A stretch of DNA of 24,000 bases from Methanobacteriota archaeon (lineage in GTDB: Archaea > Halobacteriota > Methanomicrobia > Methanomicrobiales > Methanoculleaceae): contig JAENYE010000002.1 of assembly GCA_016841955.1 (NCBI GenBank), positions 165,344 to 189,343 on the forward strand, in the 5' to 3' direction. Position 1 is the stretch's first letter; each line of letters begins with the position of its first letter. The notes under the pieces are model-generated. The model saw only the letters and a program-made list of their open reading frames with translations. It was not told the origin of the DNA and did no database searches. A program made the position numbers and the translations under genes. Positions 1 through 8,419 of the stretch are shown piece by piece.

Positions 1-1
1 T

Positions 2-1318
2 TTCCTCGCGAAGACTATCCTTTCCCTGGTCAAAGCCCGGCGGGCGCACGGGGAGCGGATCCGGGTGGGGGTGACGGCGTTCACCCACGCCGCCATCGAG
101 AACCTGCTCGTCAAGGTGCAGGGCTCGGTCGACGAGTTCGACCTTGCGGCAGGCCTCCCGATCTACAAGCTGAAGGACATCCGGACGCCCGGAGGCGAGC
201 GGAGCCTCGAAGTTCTGCCCCACGACCGGGCCGAGACCGTCGTCGGCTACCCGTCCCTTCTCCTCGGCGGGACGGTGCACAGTTTCGGCAGGCTGGAGAA
301 GTCCCTCCCGTCCCTCGACCTCCTGATCGTCGACGAAGCGTCGCAGATGAGGCCGGCGGAACTCGCGATGGTGCTCCCGATGCTCGGCGAGGGCGGAAGG
401 CTCGTCCTCGCGGGGGACGACCTCCAACTCCCCCCGGTCGTCCAGGGGGCGTATCCGGTGCCGGAAGACGGGCTGCCGGGGCTCGAGGATTCCGTCTTCG
501 CCTACCTCCGGCACCGTGACGACCCCGGCCGCCCTGTCTACACCTGCCAGCTCCAGGAGAACTGGCGGATGAACCATGCTCTCTCAGGGTTCCCGGCGGA
601 GACGCTCTACGGCACCGGGTATGCTCCCGCCACCGACGCGATCGGTCGGCAGCGGATTGCCCTTGCCCCGGGTATGCCGGGGGAGGAATGGACCGGGTGG
701 ATCCTCGATCCGGCATACCCGCTCGTGCTCTGCGTCCTCGAGGGCGTCCGGACGACGGTGGAGAACCGGATCGAGGCGGCGCTGGTCGCCCGGCTGATCG
801 GAGCGCTCCGGGAGAGGCTCGTCGACCCCCGCTCGGGGGACCCGTATCCGGCGACGGAAGACGGGGATTTCCGCTTCTGGCGGCACGGGCTCTTCGTCGT
901 CAGCCCGCACCATGCCCAGATCGGCGCCATCCGGAACCATCTTGCCGGCGTGCGGCCCTGGGAGTACCCGCCGTTCGTGGACACCGTCGATAAGATGCAG
1001 GGGCAGGAGGCGGAGGGTGCAATCGTCAGTTACGGCGTAAGCGACGTCGAGACCGCTCTCGCCGAGGCCGAGTTCATCTACAGCAGAAACCGCCTGAACG
1101 TATCGCTGACCCGGAGCCGGGCGAAATGCATGGTCTTTCTGCCCCGGCCACTGCTGGAGCCGCCGCTTGAACTGGTGCAGAACGAGAAGGCGGCGGCGGG
1201 ACTCCGGCATATGCTCGACCTCCAGGAGTTCTGCCGGGCCCACGGGGAAGAACGGACATTCGACCTCGATGGCGAGGCAGGGGTCCGGCTCACGGTGCTC
1301 CGGGCGCGGGAGGGGTGA
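2..1318 (+). CDS. Superfamily-1B (Upf1/DNA2-like) DNA/RNA helicase, C-terminal part; the 5' end lies outside the window
   Basis: The frame is open from nt 2, with no stop before the listed GTG at 65. Helicase motifs are readable in translation: GVTAFTHAA (Ia), LLIVDEASQM (II), LVLAGDDLQLPPVV (III), ENWRMN (IV), VDKMQGQEAEGAIVSYG (V), NRLNVSLTRSRAKCMVF (VI). Confidence 0.85.
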   Translation, partial: FLAKTILSLVKARRAHGERIRVGVTAFTHAAIENLLVKVQGSVDEFDLAAGLPIYKLKDIRTPGGERSLEVLPHDRAETVVGYPSLLLGGTVHSFGRLEKSLPSLDLLIVDEASQMRPAELAMVLPMLGEGGRLVLAGDDLQLPPVVQGAYPVPEDGLPGLEDSVFAYLRHRDDPGRPVYTCQLQENWRMNHALSGFPAETLYGTGYAPATDAIGRQRIALAPGMPGEEWTGWILDPAYPLVLCVLEGVRTTVENRIEAALVARLIGALRERLVDPRSGDPYPATEDGDFRFWRHGLFVVSPHHAQIGAIRNHLAGVRPWEYPPFVDTVDKMQGQEAEGAIVSYGVSDVETALAEAEFIYSRNRLNVSLTRSRAKCMVFLPRPLLEPPLELVQNEKAAAGLRHMLDLQEFCRAHGEERTFDLDGEAGVRLTVLRAREG

Positions 1319-1463
1319 GTGGCTGGGGGAGGAGAGGCGGAGAGGGTGACGCGACCGCCGGTTGTCACTCCAAAACCAGGCATCTTTTCGAGTAGCTGGC
1401 ATTCTGTCCCTCGCAACCCATATACGGATTTCCAGTGGATATCGCGTCTGGGGGGTGGGGACA

Positions 1464-1488
1464 GGGGAGGGGGGAGACCCCCCTCCCC
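1464..1488. repeat. Perfect 11-bp G/C inverted repeat (GGGGAGGGGGG-AGA-CCCCCCTCCCC), the core of a longer imperfect hairpin at 1435-1520
   Basis: Read directly. Arm 1464-1474 is the exact reverse complement of arm 1478-1488. An outer arm GTGGATATCGC (1435-1445) pairs with GCGATATCCCCAC (1508-1520) with a 2-nt bulge. It lies in a 390-bp gap with no credible ORF. Confidence 0.5.
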
Positions 1489-1707
1489 TGCAACCCCTCC
1501 ACCTGTGGCGATATCCCCACGGTCCAGTTTACCGGGACCGTCGGGAAAATTCCAACCCCTGCCACCATCCCCCCGGAAACAGGGGCTTGAGCCCCGGCAA
1601 GCGTGAAGGGACATCTCTTTGAGTAGGAGGGCGTTGCGACTGCCATTCTCAGTGCCATTTAACATCCCCACATCCCCGGCCCAACCTATTTCCCCCCGTC
1701 GGACAGA

Positions 1708-2601
1708 ATGATCCCTGTGATCGGCAGCCTCGACCCCGACCAGAACGAGCGCGAACGCCGGCTCCTTGAAGAGATCAGGGAGCAGGGGGCAACCCCGGAG
1801 ACCATCCGCCTCTTCCGGGACCTCATCCTCTCGTACTACCGGGCCCACGGCCGCGATCTCCCCTGGCGGCGGACCATCGACCCCTACCGGATCCTGGTCT
1901 CCGAGATCATGCTCCAGCAGACGCAGGTCGAGCGGGTCGCCGTGAAGTATCGTGAGTTTCTCGAACGATTCGGGGACTTCGAGAGCCTTGCCCGTGCGCC
2001 CAGAAGCGAGGTGCTCCTCGCCTGGCAGGGCATGGGATACAACCGCCGGGCAATCGCGCTCCAGACTACCGCACAACGCGTCGTGGACGGGTACGGCGGT
2101 CGGCTTCCGGCCGCCGTCGAGACGCTCGCAACCTTCCCCGGCATCGGGAAGGCGACCGCGTCGGCCATCTGCGCGTACGCGTTCAACATGCCGGTCGTCT
2201 ACATCGAGACGAACATCCGGCGAACCTTCATCCACTTCTTCTTCCAGGACAGGGAGGATGTCCGGGACGACGAGATACTCCCGCTCGTCGAACAGGCACT
2301 CTACCGGGAGAACCCGCGTGAGTGGTACAGTGCGCTGATGGATTACGGCACGGGTTTAAAAAAGCGGACGGCGAACCCGAACCGGCGGAGCGCGTCGTAT
2401 ACCCGACAGAGCCGGTTCGAGGGCTCCGACCGGCAGGTCAGGGGAAGGATACTCGCGCTCGTCCTCGAGGAGGGGACGGTCACGGAGGAGGAGTTGATCG
2501 CCCGGTTCTGCGAGGAACCCGGACGGGTGAGGAGGGTCCTCACCGACCTCGCGCGGGAAGGGTTCATCGCCGAGAGCGGGGGGACGTATACGTGCCGGTG
2601 A
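1708..2601 (+). CDS. HhH-GPD DNA glycosylase, MutY/A-G-specific adenine glycosylase-like, without the Fe-S cluster cysteines, with a C-terminal wHTH-like extension
   Basis: LPWRRTIDPYRILVSEIMLQQTQVERV, GMGYNRRA, the HhH hairpin FPGIGKATASAI and catalytic-Asp context ALMDYG are typical of the MutY/Nth family. There are no Cys residues after the GPD region. The tail RILALVLEEGTVTEEELIARF...LTDLAREGFI looks like a winged helix. Confidence 0.8.
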   Translation: MIPVIGSLDPDQNERERRLLEEIREQGATPETIRLFRDLILSYYRAHGRDLPWRRTIDPYRILVSEIMLQQTQVERVAVKYREFLERFGDFESLARAPRSEVLLAWQGMGYNRRAIALQTTAQRVVDGYGGRLPAAVETLATFPGIGKATASAICAYAFNMPVVYIETNIRRTFIHFFFQDREDVRDDEILPLVEQALYRENPREWYSALMDYGTGLKKRTANPNRRSASYTRQSRFEGSDRQVRGRILALVLEEGTVTEEELIARFCEEPGRVRRVLTDLAREGFIAESGGTYTCR

Positions 2602-2668
2602 GAGCCGCTCCGGGAGAGGAGGGGCATCCGGCAGGTTGATGCCTGTGTAGTATCACCCCGGGAGAGGC

Positions 2669-3574
2669 ATGAAGATCGGCTACCCGTGCATCAACCGGAG
2701 CGTCGGCTGCTCTTCCGGCCGCACGTTCAGGCTCTCCTCCTACTCCGACGAACGGCTTGAGGAGACCGTCCGGGAGAACCTCCGCTGTCTTCAGGAGATC
2801 CTCCGCTTCAACCTCAGGGAATCCATCCTCTTCTTCCGGATCGCCTCGGGCCTCGTGCCGTTCGCATCGCACCCGGTCTGCACCGCCGCCTGGCAGGACA
2901 CCTTCGCCGGGGCGTTCCGGGAGGTCGGTCGGTTCGTCAGGGAGCACGGGATGCGGATCTCCATGCACCCCGACCAGTTCGTCGTCATCAACGCGAAAGA
3001 CCCGGGCATCGTTGATAAGAGCGTCGCGGAACTTCGCTACCACGCCGCCGTCCTCGACACCATGCGCCTTGATGGAAGCGCGAAGATCCAGATCCACGTC
3101 GGCGGCGTATACGGGGACCGGGAGGCGAGCATGAAGCGGTTCGCGAGCGTATACTCCCTTCTTGACGAGAGCATCCTCCGCCGGCTGGTCGTCGAGAACG
3201 ACGACTCGCGCTACACCCTGGCCGACTGTCTCCGCATCCACGAGGAGACCGGCGTCCCGGTGCTCTTCGACGTCTTCCACCACCGGGTCAACCCTTCAGG
3301 CGTTGGGGTTGCCGAAGCGATCGAACGGTCCGGCGCGACCTGGCGACCCGAAGACGGCATCCTGATGATCGACTACAGCACCCCGATGCCCGGCGGGCGG
3401 AGGGGGCGGCACGCAGAGAGCCTTGACGGCGCCGACTTCGAGCAGTTCCTCGCCGACACCGCGCCGACGGATATGGATATCATGCTCGAGATCAAGGATA
3501 AAGAGAAGAGCGCTCTCGTGGCCGTCGGGATCGCCCGCCGGGACGGGCGGTTCCTCCTGCCGGCAGAGCGGTAG
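2669..3574 (+). CDS. uvdE: UV DNA damage endonuclease (UvdE/UvsE family)
   Basis: Family hallmarks are readable: FFRIASGLVPFASHP, RISMHPDQFVVIN, KIQIHVGGVYGD, LVVENDD, PVLFDVFHH. Length 301 aa. Confidence 0.9.
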   Translation: MKIGYPCINRSVGCSSGRTFRLSSYSDERLEETVRENLRCLQEILRFNLRESILFFRIASGLVPFASHPVCTAAWQDTFAGAFREVGRFVREHGMRISMHPDQFVVINAKDPGIVDKSVAELRYHAAVLDTMRLDGSAKIQIHVGGVYGDREASMKRFASVYSLLDESILRRLVVENDDSRYTLADCLRIHEETGVPVLFDVFHHRVNPSGVGVAEAIERSGATWRPEDGILMIDYSTPMPGGRRGRHAESLDGADFEQFLADTAPTDMDIMLEIKDKEKSALVAVGIARRDGRFLLPAER

Positions 3575-3589
3575 TCCTGGCGCTCCTCC

Positions 3590-4015
3590 TCAGGGTGTAA
3601 CGACGTCTATCGTCGGCGGGACGAGCGCCGCGCTGATGGCGTGGCAGATCCCGTTGGTGCAGAACGCATCGGCCTCGACGATGGGGACGCTGTTGACGGT
3701 GATGCCCTTATCAGACGACCGTATGACAAGGTCGGTCCCGAGACTCGACCTGACGGCGGCGATGCTCCGGAGGTCCTCCGAGGTCAACTGCCCCGGCACG
3801 ACATGGTAACTCGTGATGAGAAGGAGTTTGTCCGCGTCCTGCCGGATCTCGTCCATCCGCCCCTTTGGAACCCTCGAAAATGCCTCGTCCGTCGGGACGA
3901 AGACCGTGAACGGCCCCCTCTCGCGGAGCATCGGTTCCATGCCCGCGATCCGGATCAGTTCGAGAAATACGGTGAGGTTATTGGAGTCCTCTAGAGTTTC
4001 GATGATGTTCTTCAT
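3590..4015 (-). CDS. Small single-domain fasciclin (FAS1) protein, paralog 1, no signal peptide
   Basis: FAS1 motifs FTVFVPTDEAF, SYHVVPG and TNGICHAIS. ATG confirmed at 4013-4015 (cat on the + strand). 141 aa. Confidence 0.85.
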   Translation of the reverse strand: MKNIIETLEDSNNLTVFLELIRIAGMEPMLRERGPFTVFVPTDEAFSRVPKGRMDEIRQDADKLLLITSYHVVPGQLTSEDLRSIAAVRSSLGTDLVIRSSDKGITVNSVPIVEADAFCTNGICHAISAALVPPTIDVVTP

Positions 4016-4049
4016 GCTGCTCTCTCCACTGGCACCACTACATGTGCCG

Positions 4050-4062
4050 GATTATTTATACG
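4050..4062 (-). promoter_or_regulatory. Candidate archaeal TATA box for fasciclin paralog 1
   Basis: The minus strand reads CGTATAAATAATCC about 40 nt upstream of the ATG at 4015. Confidence 0.4.
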
Positions 4063-4075
4063 TTCTGGGCCGACC

Positions 4076-4501
4076 CTACGCAGCAGCAGCTCTCGCAACG
4101 GGGGGCAGGAGCAGCGTGGAGACTGCGTGGCAGATCCCGTTGGTGCACCACGCGTCGGCCTCGACGACCAGCACGTTGTTGACCAGCACCCCCTCCGACG
4201 CTACCTCTACGGTCAGGTCTTCCCCCTGGAGCGACCGCAGGGTCCGTATGCCCAGGAGGTCGATCATGGAATGCACCCCCGGGACGATATGGTAGTTCAG
4301 GGTCTCGGCGAGCCGGTCGGCAGTCCGGCGGAGCGCGTCGAGTTCCGACATAGGTATTGCCCGGAACGCATCGTCGTCCGGGACGAAGAGCGTATAGGGT
4401 CCTTGGGCGCTCAATCGCTCTTCCATGCCGGCTGTCCGTACAAGGTCGAGAAACGTGGCAAACGATCCCGATTCCTGCAGAGTCGCGAGGATACTCTTCA
4501 T
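4076..4501 (-). CDS. Small single-domain fasciclin (FAS1) protein, paralog 2
   Basis: The listed ORF 4076-4723 has an R/G/C-rich N-terminal extension that overlaps the next gene. The internal ATG at 4501 gives MKSILATLQESG..., colinear with paralogs 1, 3 and 4 and also 141 aa. Motifs YTLFVPDDDAF, NYHIVPG, TNGICHAVS. Confidence 0.8.
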   Translation of the reverse strand: MKSILATLQESGSFATFLDLVRTAGMEERLSAQGPYTLFVPDDDAFRAIPMSELDALRRTADRLAETLNYHIVPGVHSMIDLLGIRTLRSLQGEDLTVEVASEGVLVNNVLVVEADAWCTNGICHAVSTLLLPPVARAAAA

Positions 4502-4538
4502 GCGAACCAACTCACGGCGGGAGATGGAGAGGAGGGAG

Positions 4539-4549
4539 TATATAAAATT
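4539..4549 (-). promoter_or_regulatory. Candidate TATA box for fasciclin paralog 2
   Basis: The + strand TATATAAAATT at 4539-4549 reads AATTTTATATA on the minus strand. An identical 11-mer followed by RCGG occurs upstream of paralog 3. Confidence 0.5.
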
Positions 4550-4641
4550 ACGGGTGGTTCTGCACGGCTCCCGGGGCAGGTTTCCGGCATCCCCCGACCC
4601 CCGCCGCCGGACGTACCCGGTGCACACGCACCTGTGCGGGC

Positions 4642-5076
4642 TCAGACATGCCCCTTCACCCGCGCCTCGACCGCTCGCGGCACGAGCACCCTGTCGATGA
4701 CATGATAGATGCCGTTCGTGCACTCGACGTTGGGCTGGATGACGGCGGCATCATTCACCCGCATCGCCTCCGGAGACCCCGAGATATCCAGGTGATCCCC
4801 CTGCAGGGTCCTGATCGCCTCCATCTGTGCCAGTTCCCACGTGGTGAGTTTGCCCTGGATCACGTGGTACAGGATCATGCCGGAAAGCCACTCCCGGTCA
4901 TCCGTGATAGCGTCCAGCACCTCCCCGGGAAACCCGGAATAGGCCTCATCCGTTGGAAAAAACGCCGTATACTCCCCCTCTCCCCGGAGTGTATCCGCCA
5001 TCCCCCCGGCCTGCAGCATCGCAACAGAGGTGCTCAACCGGTCGTCTTCCCGGGCAGTCTCAAAGATACTCTTCAT
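4642..5076 (-). CDS. Small single-domain fasciclin (FAS1) protein, paralog 3
   Basis: Motifs YTAFFPTDEAY, LYHVIQG, TNGIYHVID. The start is set at ATG 5076 (MKSIFETA...). The listed start at 5091 is only about 10 nt from the TATA box at 5101-5111 and would lie upstream of the expected transcription start site. Confidence 0.8.
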   Translation of the reverse strand: MKSIFETAREDDRLSTSVAMLQAGGMADTLRGEGEYTAFFPTDEAYSGFPGEVLDAITDDREWLSGMILYHVIQGKLTTWELAQMEAIRTLQGDHLDISGSPEAMRVNDAAVIQPNVECTNGIYHVIDRVLVPRAVEARVKGHV

Positions 5077-5100
5077 AGACACACGAATCATTTAGCCCAA

Positions 5101-5111
5101 TATATAAAATT
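5101..5111 (-). promoter_or_regulatory. Candidate TATA box for fasciclin paralog 3 (leaderless arrangement)
   Basis: TATATAAAATT at 5101-5111 lies 25 nt upstream of ATG 5076. The same 11-mer occurs at 4539-4549. Confidence 0.5.
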
Positions 5112-5269
5112 GCGGACATAATGGTGCGGGGCTCCCGGGGCGGCCGTCGAGGGAGATAGGCGCCGGATTTGCGTACCTTCTCCGGCCGGAAGGAAACGGG
5201 GGATTACCCCGCAACCGGCGGGAAAGAAAGGGATTTCTGGCCGGACCGCGAAGTTCTGCCCGCCCGGGC

Positions 5270-5713
5270 TTACTCGCTCGCTGCGTAGGCCTCGAAGGCC
5301 TGCGAGAGCGTCACGAAGGGAACGCTGTCAAGGATATGGATGATGCCGTTGTCCGCCTCCAGGTTCCCCTCGAGCACGACGGCCTCGTCCACCTGGGTGC
5401 CCTGCTCGGTCTTCCGGACCATGATGGAATTCCCTTCGACGGTCTGCACGACATTCTGCGCGAGCAGCGCATCGAGCGTGCACTTATGCCCGCTGATCGT
5501 GAAGAAGTCGATCAGGTGCGAGAGCATCTGCTTGTCGTTTAAGATCATCGCCCGGTTCGGCTCGGGGATCGCATCCCATGCCGAGTCGACCGGAGCAAAG
5601 AACGTCATCGGCCCTTCGCCCTGCAGCATCTTCTCCTCGCCGAGGGTCCGGATAATCTCGATGAGCCTGCCGAACCTTCCATCGTTCTGTAACGTATCAA
5701 AGATCTTCGCCAT
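5270..5713 (-). CDS. Small single-domain fasciclin (FAS1) protein, paralog 4
   Basis: Motifs MTFFAPVDSAW and DNGIIHILD, with the same N-terminal architecture (MAKIFDTLQNDGRFGRLIEII). 147 aa. Confidence 0.85.
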   Translation of the reverse strand: MAKIFDTLQNDGRFGRLIEIIRTLGEEKMLQGEGPMTFFAPVDSAWDAIPEPNRAMILNDKQMLSHLIDFFTISGHKCTLDALLAQNVVQTVEGNSIMVRKTEQGTQVDEAVVLEGNLEADNGIIHILDSVPFVTLSQAFEAYAASE

Positions 5714-5753
5714 ACCAGGTACCTCTCTGTAGAGGCCCTTCGTGGTATGTTAT

Positions 5754-5764
5754 CGTATATATGG
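5754..5764 (-). promoter_or_regulatory. Candidate TATA box for fasciclin paralog 4
   Basis: The minus strand reads CCATATATACG about 42 nt upstream of ATG 5713, inside an AT-rich patch at 5750-5800. Confidence 0.4.
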
Positions 5765-5929
5765 ATTATTATATTCCAAGTCTTATGAAAATCTTGAGAA
5801 GTGATGCGTGCCCCCATCTTCGGGCCGGGCGGCGGGGTCCGCCCTCGCTCCCCGGGAAGAACGGGGCTCTCCGGTCTTTTCGGGACCGGCAACGGCGGGA
5901 GTAACAACAGCCGGGCCACGGGAAAACCG

Positions 5930-6505
5930 TCACTCGCGAGTCAGGTCGCCGATATACCGCTCAAGGAGTTCGAGCGCCTCCCACTCCCGGGCGCCGCCGC
6001 ACTTCCGGGCGAGACCGGTGTGGTGCTCGATCAGCCGCCTGAGCCACGGGTCGCGGCTCCTGACGTAGCGGGTGGCATGGACCGTTGCGTCCACGATGCT
6101 TGAGAACCCCCGGTTCACCGGGTGCAGCCGCAGGTCGAGCACCTCCTCGTGGAAGGGGACGAGCCGGACGACGAGCGCCTCGTCGCTCGACCGCTCCACA
6201 TCGGCGGCAAACGCGGCCCAGGCCTCCGCGTCGCGGAGGCGGCAGACGACCATCCCGTTGATCTCTTCCCGGACGAAGGCCTCCTCGGGGAGGTCGTCGA
6301 AGGCGGTCCGGACGTAGATCACGGGATCGAAGACGAAATTCGCCACCACCCAGCGGTCCCGGGCGATGTTCCTGGCCGTATGGCTCCCCCGGAAGAGGAC
6401 CATGTGCAGGGAGCCGCTCCGGTTGATGATCCCCATGGGGGCGGCGTTGCAGTCGGTGGTCGCGATCACCTCGTTGATCCCCTCGGTCAGCAGTCCCACT
6501 GCCAT
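5930..6505 (-). CDS. DUF447-family protein (flavin-reductase-like fold family found next to CitG-like genes in methanogens)
   Basis: From ATG 6505 the product reads MAVGLLTEGINEVIATT...NAAPMGI, which I recognise as DUF447-like. The longer listed ORF start at 6583 adds an R/H-rich leader inside the upstream gene. The start overlaps the upstream stop by 19 nt. Confidence 0.6.
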   Translation of the reverse strand: MAVGLLTEGINEVIATTDCNAAPMGIINRSGSLHMVLFRGSHTARNIARDRWVVANFVFDPVIYVRTAFDDLPEEAFVREEINGMVVCRLRDAEAWAAFAADVERSSDEALVVRLVPFHEEVLDLRLHPVNRGFSSIVDATVHATRYVRSRDPWLRRLIEHHTGLARKCGGAREWEALELLERYIGDLTRE

Positions 6506-7311
6506 CCCTCCCCGAGCGCCACGTATATCCCGGCGATGGTTATGTCGGCGATCGAGCCCGGGTTGATGCCGGCAGTGACGCACTCGGCGTCGAAGGCGTC
6601 AAGATCGCGCCCCCCGTCGAGCACCTCGGCCGCACACCTCATCGTCCTCTCCGCCACCGCCTCCCCGTACTTCTTCGCGATGAAGGTGTCCGGCACCGAC
6701 GCGAGGAGGTCGAGGAACGATGCGACGATCGCTTCACGCCCACTCCCATGCGTGTGAAGCAGGTCCGCGCACCGGCGGGTCAGGGCAAACCCGTTCGTCC
6801 ACTCCCGTGCGACCATGTCACGGGGCGCCGAGTGGGCCATGATGTCGGCAAGGGTCATGCCACGCTCCCGGATGGCGGCGACCGAGGCCGGGTCGTCCAC
6901 GTCCAGGTCGTCGCTCTCGGCCATCCGGACCCTCGTGAGGCCGAACGCCGCGTAAAAATCGATTGCGTCCTCGACATCGGTCCCGGCGGCGACCCTCCGC
7001 GCCCCGTCGATATCTCCCCCGAGGACGAGGGGGATGAGCAGGATGAACGCCCCGAAGTGGGTGTTTCCCCCGGCATGGTCGTTCGTACGCATGACCGCCT
7101 CCCGGATCAGGCTCCCGACCCGGCCGCCGGTCCTCTCGGCCGCATCGAAGACGGGTCTCGCGAGGATCGTCGAGGCGAGGAAATGCTCGAGACGGGTGTC
7201 CGGATAGTCGTGGCACCGGTCCACGTTCCCGGGTTTCGGGTAGGCGCAGACCTCGAGCATCATCGCCATCTGCGCACGTTCAGCTCGATTCATCGGCGGT
7301 TTCTTCCCCAT
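6487..7311 (-). CDS. CitG/MdcB-like protein (triphosphoribosyl-dephospho-CoA synthase family)
   Basis: MLEVCAYPKPGNVDR, GGNTHFGAFILLIPL and a helical remainder are typical of the CitG family. The start is uncertain: ATG 7311 or ATG 7293. Both overlap the upstream gene, which ends at 7280. Confidence 0.7.
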   Translation of the reverse strand: MGKKPPMNRAERAQMAMMLEVCAYPKPGNVDRCHDYPDTRLEHFLASTILARPVFDAAERTGGRVGSLIREAVMRTNDHAGGNTHFGAFILLIPLVLGGDIDGARRVAAGTDVEDAIDFYAAFGLTRVRMAESDDLDVDDPASVAAIRERGMTLADIMAHSAPRDMVAREWTNGFALTRRCADLLHTHGSGREAIVASFLDLLASVPDTFIAKKYGEAVAERTMRCAAEVLDGGRDLDAFDAECVTAGINPGSIADITIAGIYVALGEGWQWDC

Positions 7312-8419
7312 CGAATACCCTGTGCAGGATCTTCTCCGAGAGCTGGTGCTTGCACCGCATGTACTCCCGCGGAGAGAGGCCTTTCTTCTCAAGCGTCATG
7401 TTCCGGAACATGCAGGGAGAACTCATCTTGCAGCACCAGGCGAGGCTCCCGAAACAGGTGTTCTTCCCGTCGTCGAGCGCCGTCCCCTTCACCGCCTCCT
7501 GTTTGACTCTCAGGTAATCGTTCCGGGAGAGCCCGATCCTCTCGAGGGTCGGGATGAGCGGGCAGGCCTTCACCGGCATGCAGCAGAAGGTGAGCGCCCG
7601 AATATCGCCGCCACGGCAGAGCTGTTTCGGGGCGTTGTACCAGCCGCCTTCATCGGCAGACCGGGTGATGGCGGCATCGAGACCGGCGAGCGTCCAGGGA
7701 TCGGACTGCCGGGCAAGCGAGACGATATCCGCGCCGTGGGAGAAGGCGTCCATCGCCCGGTCGAACGTGTTTATGGAGTTGTTTGCGATCAGCATCAGGG
7801 GAGAGGCGTTGCGGATCTGGCGGACCTTGTTGTGCCCGAAGTCCATCAGGTCCACGTGGAGGATATCAGCCCCCGCCTTCCAGACGGTGCGGGCGAGATC
7901 GGCGTCATTGGCGGCGACACCTGCCCGGATCTTCACCGAAACGGTCACATCCGCCTCTTTCAAGGCGCGGACGATCTCCACGAGTTTTGCCGGGTGGTGG
8001 AGAAGGTACTCGCCGCACCCGGCCTCAAGCATCGCAGGCTGCCGGCAGTGAGCGTCGATCTCGTAGACCACGCGGTTTTCAAAAGCCTCAGCAATCTCCC
8101 CGTACGCAGCAGGAGTGCTCCCGCGGAGGTTGATGCCCGCTACGACATCGCTCTGTTTCAGGGCATCGATCTCTCTCTCCAGCGCTTCCAGGGGATCGTC
8201 GTATAAAAACTCTTTCCGACCCGCCTCTGCCATCTGCCGGCTCGCGTCAAGGGTGGGGCCGTCGATGGAATAGCCGCCTATGAAGGCCGCCCCGACATGA
8301 GCCGCGCGCTCAAGGACGTAGGCCGCATCCACGATCCCGGCCATGGATGCGATTGCTATCGGTGTTTTCACGATCCGATCGTTTATGAGGAGTTCAAAAC
8401 GATCATATGCTTCCATCAT
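7280..8419 (-). CDS. NifR3/Dus-like TIM-barrel protein fused to a C-terminal Cys-rich methanogenesis marker domain 9
   Basis: The N-terminal ~260 aa look like a flavin TIM barrel (PIAIASMAGI, GINLRG, EIDAHCRQP, VSVKIR, ILHVD). The C-terminal ~110 aa carry 9 Cys, including FCCMPVKACP and WCCKMSSPCMF. As I recall it, the marker-9 signature is two [WFY]CC..K/P.C motifs. Confidence 0.7.
   Translation of the reverse strand: MMEAYDRFELLINDRIVKTPIAIASMAGIVDAAYVLERAAHVGAAFIGGYSIDGPTLDASRQMAEAGRKEFLYDDPLEALEREIDALKQSDVVAGINLRGSTPAAYGEIAEAFENRVVYEIDAHCRQPAMLEAGCGEYLLHHPAKLVEIVRALKEADVTVSVKIRAGVAANDADLARTVWKAGADILHVDLMDFGHNKVRQIRNASPLMLIANNSINTFDRAMDAFSHGADIVSLARQSDPWTLAGLDAAITRSADEGGWYNAPKQLCRGGDIRALTFCCMPVKACPLIPTLERIGLSRNDYLRVKQEAVKGTALDDGKNTCFGSLAWCCKMSSPCMFRNMTLEKKGLSPREYMRCKHQLSEKILHRVFDGEETADESS

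Noticed and set aside
1365-1658. A 97-aa minus-strand ORF in the helicase/glycosylase spacer, with a repeated SYSKRC peptide.
   Set aside because: The peptide repeat is simply the translation of the DNA direct repeats (1381-1395 and 1612-1626). The ORF spans the G/C hairpin, has no start context, and has G/P-rich composition.
4502-4723. N-terminal extension of fasciclin paralog 2 (listed ORF start at 4723). Similar extensions occur at 5077-5091, 6506-6583, 7312-7392, 9267-9401, 14106-14162 and 21629-21709.
   Set aside because: The extensions are compositionally aberrant or overlap the upstream gene or its TATA box. Internal ATGs give products colinear with paralogs or homolog N-termini. The 21709 start is a TTG.
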